NCBI GenBank assembly: GCA_964658305.1
Contig: OZ210885.1
Span: forward strand, 4,774,001 to 4,838,000
DNA from: Leptogorgia sarmentosa
Taxonomy: Eukaryota
Reading direction: 5' to 3'
Length of the DNA stretch: 64,000 nt
Below are positions 1-11,667 of this stretch, one piece after another; position 1 is the first letter of the stretch; every line of letters starts with the position of its first letter. The position numbers and the translations under genes were made by a program. Under the pieces are notes generated by a model. It was not told the DNA's origin. It was given only the letters and a program-made list of their open reading frames with translations, and made no database searches.

Positions 1-937
1 CGATTAAAGAGCAGAGAATTACAGTAGTATTCACCAAAAAGTTAGTTATTCAAACAAAAAATTGGCGCATACATACCTCTTGTAGTTCCGCCATTCTGAA
101 CCCGTTGGAATAGTTACAATGCTGCATCAAAATATGAAAATATTAATAATGGAACCTGCTGCGTTAGCGAAATTCTATCCTTTGTTCTATTCTTTGTGAA
201 ATTCTATACATCGAACCGATGTATAGTTGACAGTTTATCTAGTCAGCGTTATTCTAATCAATATTTTACGCAGCAGTTTACAGTAAAGCGTTAAGATTTT
301 GTCCAAGTCATAGGAATAGCTCACCAAATTGATTGCGCTGAATACACACATAACACATACACAAATTTGCGTAAATTAAATAAACTCGTATAGTTTATAT
401 AAATAAACTTGTAAAGTTTTATATAAATTAAACTCCTGCGTCTTGTAATAACCCTCTTCACCTTATAAAGTCTGCTTTTCTTCGATTTTGGAGCTGTATC
501 AAACTTCAAACAGTACTTCCGAAGAGAACGAATTTAAAAGCTTATAAAACGTTTATGCAGTGCTTCCACTGTCAAATTTTAAAATTCCTGAGATTTATGT
601 CAAAATTTCCTTAGATTTCCTTGATTGAGGAATAAAATTTCCTTAGAATTTCTTTGAGAAAACTTTGAAAATTAAACGAAACTTACCTGTAGGTTGAAGT
701 TTGATTGTAATTCTATCACATGACCATGGAGGCAGGAGATCACATGAGAAGCACTGCGCCTGCGTGGATTCATTATTCAAAGACGAAATAGGTACATCCG
801 TTTCCACCTGTACCCATTTGTAACTGGCAACTAGCTGCCTTATGCATGCAAGTATTTGGTGCACAAAAAGACGTGTACCATAACATTAACGTAAGTAGGG
901 TAGGGACAACACCATATCCCGTCTCACAATGGGTGGG

Positions 938-1056
938 CATGTGATCTCCTGCCTCCATGGTCATGTGATAGAATTACAATCAAACTTCAACCTACAGGTA
1001 AGTTTCGTTTAATTTTCAAATTCTATCACATGACCGAGGCAGGAAATCCCATGAGA
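938..1056. repeat. DIRS internal complementary region (ICR)
   Basis: 938-1020 is the exact reverse complement of 664-746 (83 bp). 1021-1056 is the exact reverse complement of 5453-5488 (36 bp). Confidence 0.95.
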
Positions 1057-1245
1057 CTTTAAAGCCGATGTACCTATTTCCCCCGAGATCAGGGAAACTG
1101 TACAACATATGAGATGACACCAATTTGTAGCCCTCAATGCTTTATTGAGTGTCCGCCCAACCAACAGAACATATTATACAATGTGAACCCATATCTACAA
1201 TATGAAGTCAGTGCCTGTTCTGAACATGATGTTCCTGTATGTTGT

Positions 1246-2423
1246 TCATAGAGATGAAAGTAGTGCACAAGCCATGTTATCTTCAGTGTTTATTATCTCC
1301 TTGTTGTAAAACCGCTGGAACGTTGTTGCGTTTGACCACCCAGCTAGTGACATAAATTAATAATATCCATTGGAACAGACCGGGCCTTAGCCTTGGACGT
1401 CGAGGCTGCCCGAGTACTATGCGGTGTAAAGACTGTTGTGTCGATGCCAGCAGCAGTCAAGCCCATTTTGACCCAACGGGACATGGTATCTCGTGAAATT
1501 GCCTTATGTGGTCTCTGGTAGCTAATAAGGAGTTGTTTTTCTTCTCCCCGTAGTGGGTTTGTTCTAGCCAGGTATGCATTAAGAGTTAGCAGTGGACAAA
1601 TGGCCTGGTTCTCTGTGTACTTTTTAAACGTTAGCATTGTGGCAGTCTGTCCTGGTTTGCTTGTCTTGATGTGCTCTAACAACTGGAATTTGCAAGTATC
1701 GTTCGTAATGTTTAGACCATCTAAATTCAGGAGGTATATAGTCTGTCCTCGTTGCCCTGACAACAGCAACAACAGCATAACAAGTTTAAGGCTCAAAGTC
1801 TTTAGAGTTATCCCACTGTTTGGATACAATGTAGCAAGATGCTTGAGTACTGTGGACACATCCCATGTAGTTGTACATTTCGGTACAGGGTGCCTTGTTT
1901 CAAAGACAGCTTTCATAAATCTGGTTACCACTTGATGGGACCCAAAGTTCAGACATTCTCCTTCGGTGATGATATTAGACAAGGCAGACCGTGCCGTGTT
2001 TATTGTTGAGTAACTTAAACCTTTATTGACAAGTGTCATGAGGAACTGCAGAGAGTCTTTCATCGTTGGTGAATAGTGAGCAATTTTCCTTTGACTATAA
2101 AATTCCACCCATTGATTGATGTATGTGCTGTACTGTTTCTTAGTTCCTTTGCGCCAGGACTGCATAATGAAGTCGGTAACCTCTTCAGAAAGTCGGAAAC
2201 GATTGAAGGACTCCCTGAGACAGGACACACCAGTAAATGAAGTTTGTGGTGGAGTGCGTGTGGTTGATTTGTTGCTGGGTCCGTCAGTAATGTTTTTCGC
2301 GGGCCCAGGATCCAAGGTTGGTTGTATAACATTTGTAGCACTAGCGGGAACCAAGCTTGTGTGGGCCATAATGGTACAATTATTATTCCTGTTGCTCTGT
2401 CCTGTTGAATCTTCTGCAAGCAT
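1246..2423 (-). pseudogene. DIRS tyrosine recombinase, frameshifted near the C-terminus
   Basis: ORF 1344-2423 contains LSGQRGQ and HSTRAASTS. The expected tail SLAGWSNATTFQRFYNK..., with the catalytic Tyr, continues in another frame to a stop at 1246-1248. Confidence 0.88.
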
Positions 2424-4134
2424 CTGGGTACAAGGCTGAAAGGTGGGAAAGCATAGAAATTATACACCTGCCAGTGTACTGAAAAAGCATCAACAATTTT
2501 GCACTCTGGGTCAGGCTTCCAAGAGGCATATTCATCTAGCTGTTTATTAAGCCTGCTGGCAAACAGGTCAAAGTTGAGGTCTGGGTATTGGCGTAATATG
2601 GACTGAAATGCTATCTTGTCCAGCATGTATTCATGTCTGTCATTAAAAACCCGGGATTTGGTATCTGCATCACAGTTCAATTTGCCTGCGATATGAACAG
2701 CAGACACCCACATGGATTTTTGGATACACCACTCCCATATTTGAATGGCCAAGCCATTCAGTTCAGTAGACTTTGTACCCCCCATATTGTTCAAATATGC
2801 AATGGCGGTTGTGTTGTCCAGCTGCAATTGTACATGGGTGTTGCTGTCTGCAGTACAAAAAGTTTTTAGGGCAAGAAACCCTGCAAATAGTTCAAGGTAA
2901 TTTATATGCTTGCTGCTTTCTACAGGTGCCCATCTCCCCCCTGTTTGCTGGGAGCCCCATACAGCACCCCAACCCAGATTGGAGGCATCTGATTGAAGGA
3001 CTTTCGAGGGGTTTGGCCGGGAAATTGGCTTGTTTGCAGTAGGCATGTGTGTAACCCACCATGCCAGGTCTTGTGTTGACCGACAAGATAATCGCATGGT
3101 GGCATTGAAATTGCCCTGTGCCATCTTCAATGCCTGAATTTTATCAAGTTCCAGGGAACGATAATGTAATTGGCCAAACTCGACCCCAGGTAGGTTGGAA
3201 ACTAAAATTCCAATTACTTCCGATACAAACTTTATGGTTGGTGTGCGGGCCTGGAGTAGGCTGTTACAAGAGCTGACAGTTTTGGAAATCTTATCTGGTG
3301 TTGGAGACACAGACATATTAAGTGAATTGAGTATAAACCCCAGGAAAGTTAGAACCTGAGTTGGGGTAAACACCGATTTTTCCCCGTGTAAGATAAACCC
3401 AACATTGCTCATCATGTGAGTAGTATCTGTGACATTTTTAGTGCACTCCTTAATTGAATCCCCCTGCAAGTAAGAATCATCAATGTAGCCGGAGTTTAGA
3501 TGCCCCATGCTGCGCAAAGCGGCGTAAACTGGCTTAAGGAGCTTGGTAAACAAGCGGGGTGCACTAGACAGACCATTAGGAAGGCAAGTATATTGGTACA
3601 GGCACCCATCAAGCATAAACTTTAGGTATTTTTGATGGTCAGGATGAACTGCTACTGTATAGTAAGCATCTCTCAGGTCGATGGAAGCCATGTAACAACA
3701 AGGCTTCATCATTTTTATGGCTGCTTCAAGAGTATCCATTTTGAAATGGTGATACTCGACATACTGGTTTAATTGTTTCAAATTCAGAATTAGTCTGTGT
3801 GTACCATCTCTTTTGGGACGTACAAAAATGGGGGATATGACCTCCCCCTCTTCGTGGACTGAAGGCTTAATCACCCCTTTGTCTGCCAGTTTTTGTAGTT
3901 CAACCCTGACAGCACTGGACTCGGCAATGTGAGCCTGCTGGGGGTATATGTCCACGCAAGGGGGGGGGGACTGTTGTTGATGAATTCAATTTTCACACCG
4001 GTGACACATTGCCATATGGTGCGATCACATGTCAGTGCTTGCCATGCAGGCAAAAACTCTTTCAATCTACCGGCAACAAAGGTAGATTGAGTTGCCAAAA
4101 TAGCTTGTATTTCTACAGGGATATCATGTCTCAC
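2060..4134 (-). pseudogene. DIRS pol: reverse transcriptase, RNase H and Dam-like adenine methyltransferase domain, with one frameshift near the N-terminus
   Basis: Motifs IDLRDAYY, LPNGLSSAP, YIDD, SDASNLGWG, DLFAS and YAFPPF in ORF 2060-3955. The N-terminal AGRLKEFLPAW segment lies in ORF 3871-4134 in another frame, next to a G10 run at 3960-3969. Confidence 0.88.
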
Positions 4135-4169
4135 ATGGGGCTGTCTTACCTTTGGAGTGATTTCGGAAG

Positions 4170-5222
4170 CTACTTTGCTTGGGTGTTTTTCTTTCGGGGC
4201 GCTGAGAAGCGGCCCTTCTCGAAAAAAGAGTCCTTGGCTCTTTGATTTTGTGGCGTGGCATATGGACGATATCGGTGTGAACTTCGGTTGTTCTGGTAGT
4301 TGTACTGCTTCTTATATCGATTTGAGCTAGGAGGTGGAGGACGAACCTTTTTCGCCAGCTTGTTCGCATCTGATATGTCCTTTGTTAGTTTTGACAGATC
4401 GCCAAAGAGATACTCGCCCGAGGGGGTATTGACATTACAAAGAGCTGCGAAATCTTTGTGTAAATCTTTCTTTAAGGCCAGCCGCCGAGAGTGATTCGTA
4501 TCATGGTTGCATTGTAGAACGAATGCCAATGCGTCAGTGAGCATGGTAACCAGCTCTTTATTGCTGCTGTCTGTCTTCAAGACACGATCGACAGCCTGCA
4601 CAATGGCGCTCGCGGCGGCAATCAAGACGTGTTGACCTTTTTGCGATTTGGCGTCACTTTGCTGCGTACTGGAGGATATTTGCCCCCAGATTAGCGGATT
4701 TATCCGCGGGGTTCGCAGACCCTCGATATTTGCAGGCCGGGGGTATTTTTGTAGTTTTTGTTTCAACTTTTCCTCGGCAAGGCGGTCTTTGACCAGGCTG
4801 GCGACAATGCCCGCTAAGTTGTCGTTCACGGTCTCGCCAGTGTTCTCTTTTATCGCGAACTCTTGCGCGATGTTTGTCAATATGTCCGGGTCTGAAGTTG
4901 TTTTAGGCTGCCCGGCCAGCTTGTCCACCCGAGTGTCTATGGATTCGAGTTCAGCATCTCGTTGTTCGGGTTCATTTCCCTCGTCACCGTTGGTCGACGG
5001 TGCGACTTCATCAAGGTCCACACTTTCGACGTCAAACTGGCGTGACTCTTGCAAGGCCGAAATGCCAGAGTTTATGCTCTTCATTTCTTGTAATAGTAAA
5101 GAAAACATGTTGTTAAGCGACGTCGAGTTGGTATCATCTTCCTGGGTGGACGATTCGCCGGACAGACCGCCGCGATTTGGCAGAACTTCGCGGGACTGTT
5201 CGGCCATGTGTTCAACTGTCAA
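4170..5222 (-). CDS. DIRS gag-like ORF1 (350 aa)
   Basis: First ORF inside the 5' ITR. Contains YPRPANIEGLRTPRINPLIW and YLFGD segments typical of DIRS ORF1 and a basic C-terminus. Confidence 0.8.
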   Translation of the reverse strand: MTVEHMAEQSREVLPNRGGLSGESSTQEDDTNSTSLNNMFSLLLQEMKSINSGISALQESRQFDVESVDLDEVAPSTNGDEGNEPEQRDAELESIDTRVDKLAGQPKTTSDPDILTNIAQEFAIKENTGETVNDNLAGIVASLVKDRLAEEKLKQKLQKYPRPANIEGLRTPRINPLIWGQISSSTQQSDAKSQKGQHVLIAAASAIVQAVDRVLKTDSSNKELVTMLTDALAFVLQCNHDTNHSRRLALKKDLHKDFAALCNVNTPSGEYLFGDLSKLTKDISDANKLAKKVRPPPPSSNRYKKQYNYQNNRSSHRYRPYATPQNQRAKDSFFEKGRFSAPRKKNTQAK

Positions 5223-6393
5223 CGTGCGATGCCCCCAAAGAGAAACTCAACTACGTTGAGTGATGAGCAGCGATACCAACCACGTTGGACGCTTAGTAAA
5301 ACAGTTTAGCAATACCAACTACGTTGGATGCGAATTTCAATGGTGACAGTGATTTAGTGAGTAAATTTTCGCTATTTCTGCGTGCTGAAAATTTGTCTTC
5401 GACTGATTTTATCCACGTTTGCCGTGCAATGAATCCACGCAGGCGCAGTGCTTCTCATGGGATTTCCTGCCTCGGTCATGTGATAGAATTGCCTGTATAC
5501 CTGGTGATCTCGTGTTCGTGTTTTAGCCAATCAACGCTCAGAAAGGGTTGTCCGAATAAAAATCCATTTTGCTATATTCACTCGATTATATTCGTTATTC
5601 TTTATGAAACTAGTTGAAATTTGGTAATTATGTTTGGTTATGAGAAGGGCAGCTCTGACAAAAATATGGAATTGAAATAAAGTACCTTATGAGAGATATT
5701 CAGTTGTTTAAATCGAAAAATGGATTTTTATCCGACTGCTAGTTCCAGTCCCTTTCCGTGTATTGAGATCACCTGGATTCAATATTCTTTAATCAATTTA
5801 ACACTAAATTCAGCAATATTTGTGAGAAAAAATTTAAGCTGCATAATGACAAATGGACAATGTATAATGTATCATGTAAATTAATACATATTAAAAATAA
5901 CATAACCCAACCCCTGAGAAGTTAGATACTTAGATTGTGCTGTGCATCACTGCCGCTGTGCATTCAGTATGTAAATCTGTGCCGCTGTATAATTCATGTA
6001 GTTACTGTGATGTGAGATGGTGAATGTTCAGCTGAAATTATCAGTACACAAAAATGACAAAATACCCTATAATTAACAGTTTTAAAAGGAAAACTTTAAC
6101 TTTTAACTATTTTTATTCATCGTTTGAATACACGTGGAAAACACTTTACGTCGAGCTTTACTCTATTTATTGCGTTAAACTCTCTAACGATATTTCTATT
6201 TCACACGAACCAAAATGTGGAACGCAGAGACAAGGGTATATAAAGTTAATTTTTAATTTATCTACACAGGTCATACTTACAAATTTTTATATAATGCGTC
6301 TATGTTTGTTTTGACTATTTTGATGCAACACTAGATGCGGTATCCTGAGAAAAGTTTTAGGTTGTATTTCAACAAGATTAAATGCTATTTACA

Positions 6394-7220
6394 GGTGACT
6401 TTTCTCAAGAAAAACTCCAAGAAGCTGGCACCATTGCTAAATCAATTTAGTCGAGGACTGGCGTACGAATGTTCCCTACCAAAAACATGTTGGTAATATA
6501 ATTTGCCCAAACCAGTTGTCAAGGATCAACACCATTAAGCGCATCCAAGCATCTGTAGAGGAAGAAGTTACATGGTTCTCACGGCCATACAACAAACCTG
6601 TAACAGTTGTCCAACACCCACCACCAGCCCAAATAGCTGATTTCCAACAGTTTCTTTACTGCAAACGGTATGACGAGATATTGAAACCATATGGTATATC
6701 TCCAGATGAATTATCACATCTGTGTGGAGACGGTTGGGTATCATCTGACCACATCTGCTGGCTAATGACAAACCTAAATAAAGTTCAGCGTGCTACTTAC
6801 TATGTATATATGAACGGAACAAACAAACCACCTGCATCTCATAAGCAATTCACCAATGGAGAAAAAATCACAACAAAGTTCTGTTTTGCCATAAACATTG
6901 GCAGGGACCAAAAAGGTAAAACATACATGGGAAATGACCAGCGTCCTGGTAATCATTGGAGTCTGTGCCACATTGATTTGGCCGAAAAAATAATTGTTTA
7001 TGGTGATTCCCTTGGCTGGGAAGTCGCCGATGGTCTGCTTGACAAATTAAATGAATATATCAAAGCGGTCAACACTGAAGATGGCATTACCAACTACACT
7101 TTCACAATTGCACACGACCCAAACAGCAAGTGGACACAAGTGCAATGGTAAGTGTGCAAACCACTACCCTCTACAAACATGCAGTAGTATTTGTGGTGTT
7201 GTTGTCATGATAGTAGCTTA
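6394..7220 (+). pseudogene. Ulp1/SENP (peptidase C48)-like cysteine protease fragment, frameshifted, probably transposon-derived
   Basis: LCGDGWVSSDHI and GNHWSLCHIDL...YGDSLG (His, Asp) in ORF 6516-7151. QTCSSICGV (Gln, Cys) lies in the shifted ORF 7051-7311. Confidence 0.6.
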
Positions 7221-7639
7221 TCACACCTGTCGCCATTTTCAGAACAAACCACGTGTGGTGTATTTTGATCACCGATTTGGATGCCGATGGATAATGAAGG
7301 ACTTCAAATGATTACACAGGTTTAATGCGAAATACCGCGGGGTATATAGCGCTGGCTCAAATGTCCGCGATTTCTGGCCATGGTGAGCGGAAAACGGGCA
7401 TTAGAACCTTTAGACCGTCCGAGCATTTCTTTGCCCAAATTACATGCAACAAACATGTGTTGTTGTGCTTTGGTGTGTATCAGTTGGTTCGCTAAATTGC
7501 CAGTTGTGCAGGCTGCCTCAGGTTTATCCCAACATATTAAGCTACATTAATTTCAATTTTAAGTGAAACATAAAATCCAGTAAATGTAAATTCCATTGTT
7601 TCGTGAAGGCTGACTTGTAATAGCTACTTACCGGAATTG

Positions 7640-8590
7640 TTATTTATCATGGGTGCCAACTCGGTTAGAGCGAAATATTCTGAAAATAATTTGTCTTGGA
7701 GCTTTTCTGTATTTGATGTGTCTCATTCCATAGATATAAGCATTCACAATGGAGTTTATTCCAAAAAATTCATAATAAAAAACTACGAACCACAACTGCT
7801 TGCATGAATTACATGAGGAATTGATATACACTGGCAGCCCAACCAGTGAAGGTGTTAGAACACAGAAAGTCAACACTGCAACGACAATAGAGAATGTTTT
7901 GACTGCCTTCAGAGCGTGAAAAAATCCATTCACATCATCCCTGTTCGTTGCTGTTTCAGCCAAGATACGTTTTCGTTGTTTCGCCGCAACGATTAAAATC
8001 CAAAAATTAAGAATTACTATTAAAGTCAGTGGAAAATAGACAAAAATCAAATCCTGGAGCAAGACCAGAGTATTATCCGCGTAACACAAACCTCTTAATC
8101 CATTCTCAAATTTTCTATAATGCACTAGTAGAACAATCAAGTAAAAGAAGGCAGTCAACCAAATACCTGATATAGCTACAACAACTCGTTGTTTTGTCAC
8201 AATCGACGGATATCTGAGAGGTTTTACAATATAGAAACATCGATCAACAGTAATTGCGAGAAGTGTGGCCATTGAAGCGAACATTAATGCCCAGAAGGTT
8301 GAACGACTTAACTTACAAAATAAGTCCTGATCACTTTCGATGCTCAATATAGTTTGTATGAATTCAATCATCCATATTGGATAAAATGTTAAACACACGA
8401 GAAGATCTGCCAGTGCCAAGTTTCCAACCAAGTAAGATGCCGCTGTCTTTTCTTTGCTCGTGAAAATTGCATAGATTATAACTGTGATATTTCCCAGAAC
8501 TCCAATAATCATTGCGAAGAATTTAAATACAACGGACGAAATAAGAATCTGACTTGGTACTGTGGAGAAATGCGACGAGTTATTTGTCAT
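7640..8590 (-). CDS. Rhodopsin-like (class A) GPCR, single exon, 316 aa
   Basis: Seven hydrophobic segments; GN in TM1, LALADL in TM2, DRC at the DRY position, NSIVNAYIYG in TM7; N-glycosylation sequon near the N-terminus. Confidence 0.93.
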   Translation of the reverse strand: MTNNSSHFSTVPSQILISSVVFKFFAMIIGVLGNITVIIYAIFTSKEKTAASYLVGNLALADLLVCLTFYPIWMIEFIQTILSIESDQDLFCKLSRSTFWALMFASMATLLAITVDRCFYIVKPLRYPSIVTKQRVVVAISGIWLTAFFYLIVLLVHYRKFENGLRGLCYADNTLVLLQDLIFVYFPLTLIVILNFWILIVAAKQRKRILAETATNRDDVNGFFHALKAVKTFSIVVAVLTFCVLTPSLVGLPVYINSSCNSCKQLWFVVFYYEFFGINSIVNAYIYGMRHIKYRKAPRQIIFRIFRSNRVGTHDK

Positions 8591-9742
8591 GGTTTTTCAT
8601 TGGGAAAGAACGACGTTTTCAATAACTGATTGTCTCTTCAAAACAGAATCAATTTGTAGAAGATTTTCGCCAATTGTTATTTAAGCGATATATGTGCAGA
8701 TGACAGATTTGTGACTAATATACATTGAATAAATGTGACAAAGTAATTACTTTTGCAGGGATGTCAAATTTTCATTTGGAAATTGTATTTGATAGGATGA
8801 CAGGGTTGGCGTCATGGCTTATCAAAGGGATACCATGGCAATGATAATTAGCTACGCTTATCTCATTCGGTAGAACTTTCAAATTTCACATTAGTCTCCT
8901 ATACAGAATTTGATTATTTTGCTTATCCTTTTGGAATATCATATCATAACAAAGATTTTACAGGTTAAAAAAGCGATAACTCAAGAGGTTTCTAGGTACA
9001 ATTCCGCGGTAGATATTGACATGAACAAATTAGTTATTTAAATTTTCGTTACTTCATGTATAATTGAGAAGCATCCTTTTATCCTAACAATGATTTCTGG
9101 TGCCTATGCAATTGACAAATTATCGAGAGACCCAATTTAACTATCTTACAAACTACATTCAGACAAACATAATGATGCTTGAAATTGAATCGTATAGTTT
9201 TGAATTAAGATTTAACATTAATTATACTTATTCCATCCGTGATTAATACCCAGCTGGAGCTGTCGGAATTGCAGTGTAGTTGCCGTGTAGTTTTTGCTTG
9301 GTGAATATTCTATTTTATATTTACCAAATATGACGTGTGCTGAAATTGATGACCGTTATCGTTACTATGCGGACAGCAATTCACCACGACAAATGTTATT
9401 TTGATAGTTTTGTTGATAAATGAAAAACTTTGGAAATTTATATTTTATTTATGACTCCTCTTCTTTTAATTAATTTCGTTTCATAAGCACGCCAAATGTT
9501 TCCACATGCTGTTGCCCCTATGCACCCATGCAACATCACAAAGTTGAATACAAAATAAAGCGAGCAATGTCGAAAATTAAATTTGTTTCGATAAATGTTT
9601 GCATAATGATAATTTATACTAAATATAAATCCGTAGCGTAATTCGGGGCAAAACGAGACAGCGGGGCTAAATGAGACAATTATGCGAAAATGCATAAAAA
9701 TGCTTATATCTTGCCAAGAAGCGAGAACAATTTAAAAACAAA

Positions 9743-10265
9743 GTGGCTGATCGTTTTGATATTGCCAGTGACGACGTGATAGAAGATTTAAAAACGTCCA
9801 GTGAGAACAAGAATACCAGAAAAAGTACAAATCTCTGCGTTGGAGTGTTCAAAAAGTGGGCAGCAGTTAGAAAACTTGAACAAAACCTCGAAACTTACGA
9901 TGTACAAGAACTTGACAATGTTTTATCAAGCTTTTACGCTAAAGTACGTAACGAAAATGAAAAGGACTACAAACCTGACTCTATTAAGTTTATGCAAGCT
10001 TCTTCAGACCGTTTTCTCCGCGAGAAAAGTTATCCCAAGTCTATTTCGAGGGATAATGAATTCCTGAACTCCAGAAAGCTACTTGAAAGGAAAGGCACTT
10101 GAAAGGAAAGGCAAAAAATCTACGGAGAGACGGTTTTGGTAAACAACGTTAACCGAACAGAGCAAAGAGCCGTACCGAAGAAGAAGAGAATATATTATGG
10201 GAAAGCGGCTAGTTGGGAGGAGAAAACCCTCTACCTTTGACAAACACGATGTGGCGGCTTCTCTA
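9743..10265 (+). pseudogene. Crypton-like / ZMYM-KCTD1 (DUF3504-type) tyrosine-recombinase gene fragment
   Basis: ENKNTRKST...FKKW...LDNVLSSFYAKVR...DYKPDS...DRFLR...DNEF. Broken by a 16-bp tandem duplication (10081-10112), stops and truncation. Confidence 0.65.
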
Positions 10266-11667
10266 ATGCGGTTTTTTTTGCAATCTGATTGGCTTACGCG
10301 GGCGGTTCGTATATTTTAGGACATTGTTTTTTGTTTTTAAAAAATTAAAGGTCGCTTTCTATGTACAGTGCTGTAGAAGTGGGGGGAGGGGGAGGTTTGT
10401 TAGCCTCATTTACGATTGATGTAACGATTGACGGGTAGTATAGTAGTAGTTTTGAACTCATGATTACCGCTTACGAGCGATCGTCGGCGCAAGAGGAACG
10501 TTTTCACTACGTACTCTAAACCTGCATGTGCTTTAAATTTATAGTTGACATTATTGGGATTTGGGGATAATTAGATGTAAGTATGTTGTAGAACTGAAGT
10601 CCCGTCTAGTCTTAGTAACCGTTTAATTTATTTGTTTGTTCTTTGTTCCTAGTTTTTACCGTGTGTGTATACGTGTGTTTTGATTAAAATATTAAATTGT
10701 ATGGAGGGATATACGGAGTTCTCACAGCACGACGGTTAAAGCGTGCGATCTTTGCGTGCCAGCAAGCTCGCCTGGCGTGTGAGAACGCGACAATTGAAAT
10801 GTGATGTGTACCTTTTATATTTGCTTTTAACGTTTCGGTATTTTAAAGGCAAAATATTCGTCAAGTGCCGCAGCTTTTGAAATATTGTGGAACGATAATC
10901 GTCATATGTGAGTCGCGTCTTATGTGCATGAGTGACGACTTAATTTGTCTCGTATAAATGACTCACACTATTACTCGATGATGATATTTGATGATGATAT
11001 ACTTGATGATATTCCTTCTTATTATATGGCTTTTCAAAATTCTCTATTCTAATTGGTCGACAAGCGGTCGTAAAAACCCATATCCGGACCTTGGTCCGTA
11101 TTTTCCGTATCTGGACCGGTGTCCCGGATGTCGTTTATCTTGCGGGAAATTTCGCTTCGCAAACAGAAAAGATTTTTGCTTTTTAATTTTCCAATTTAAG
11201 ATAAAAATTTCAAACAACCACATTGTTTTAGATTGAGTATGTATGTCTGCCGTATACTGTTTCCCAGTGAAACTGATGATAGCCGATTTAATTCGAGCGA
11301 AAAGCATATGCTCAAATACTCAATTTACCCATAATTAAACAGTTTATTGACCTCGCTTGCACGGTCTGCACTGTTAAATATCAGACCTCTGTTTTTTTGC
11401 ATTGACCTCCCTCCTTCGTCGCTCGGTCCATACTAAAAAACCTCGGTCCGATATTTCACAGACCTCACGCTCGGTCAATAACCCTTTATTATTTTGTGCC
11501 TAAATATCCATGCCTTTTGAAGAGTATATAATATTGTTTTTAAGTATTCAGCTTTCAAACACACGCAGGTGCAGCACGTTCACAATTAATGAATTTTAGT
11601 AATGCTGTCAAAGACAGCACATCAAAAATATGTCTTTTAAGAAATATTTGTTCCGAACCAGAATTTT

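Larger units (their letters stand above)
664..5490 (-). mobile_element. DIRS1-like tyrosine-recombinase retrotransposon, structurally complete
   Basis: gag, RT/RNaseH/methyltransferase and YR ORFs on the minus strand. Imperfect ITRs at ~709-773 and ~5428-5490, with an extension at 664-708. An internal complementary region at 938-1056 matches both termini. No TSD. Confidence 0.95.

Noticed and set aside
4648..5259. Antisense ORFs over DIRS gag, BEL pol, LINE RT and genes A, B and D
   Set aside because: Shadow frames of real coding sequence with no independent motifs.
5498..5777. Imperfect 12-bp inverted repeat (cctggtgatctc / gagatcacctgg) suggesting a MITE next to the DIRS
   Set aside because: Short, no clear TSD, and copy number cannot be checked.
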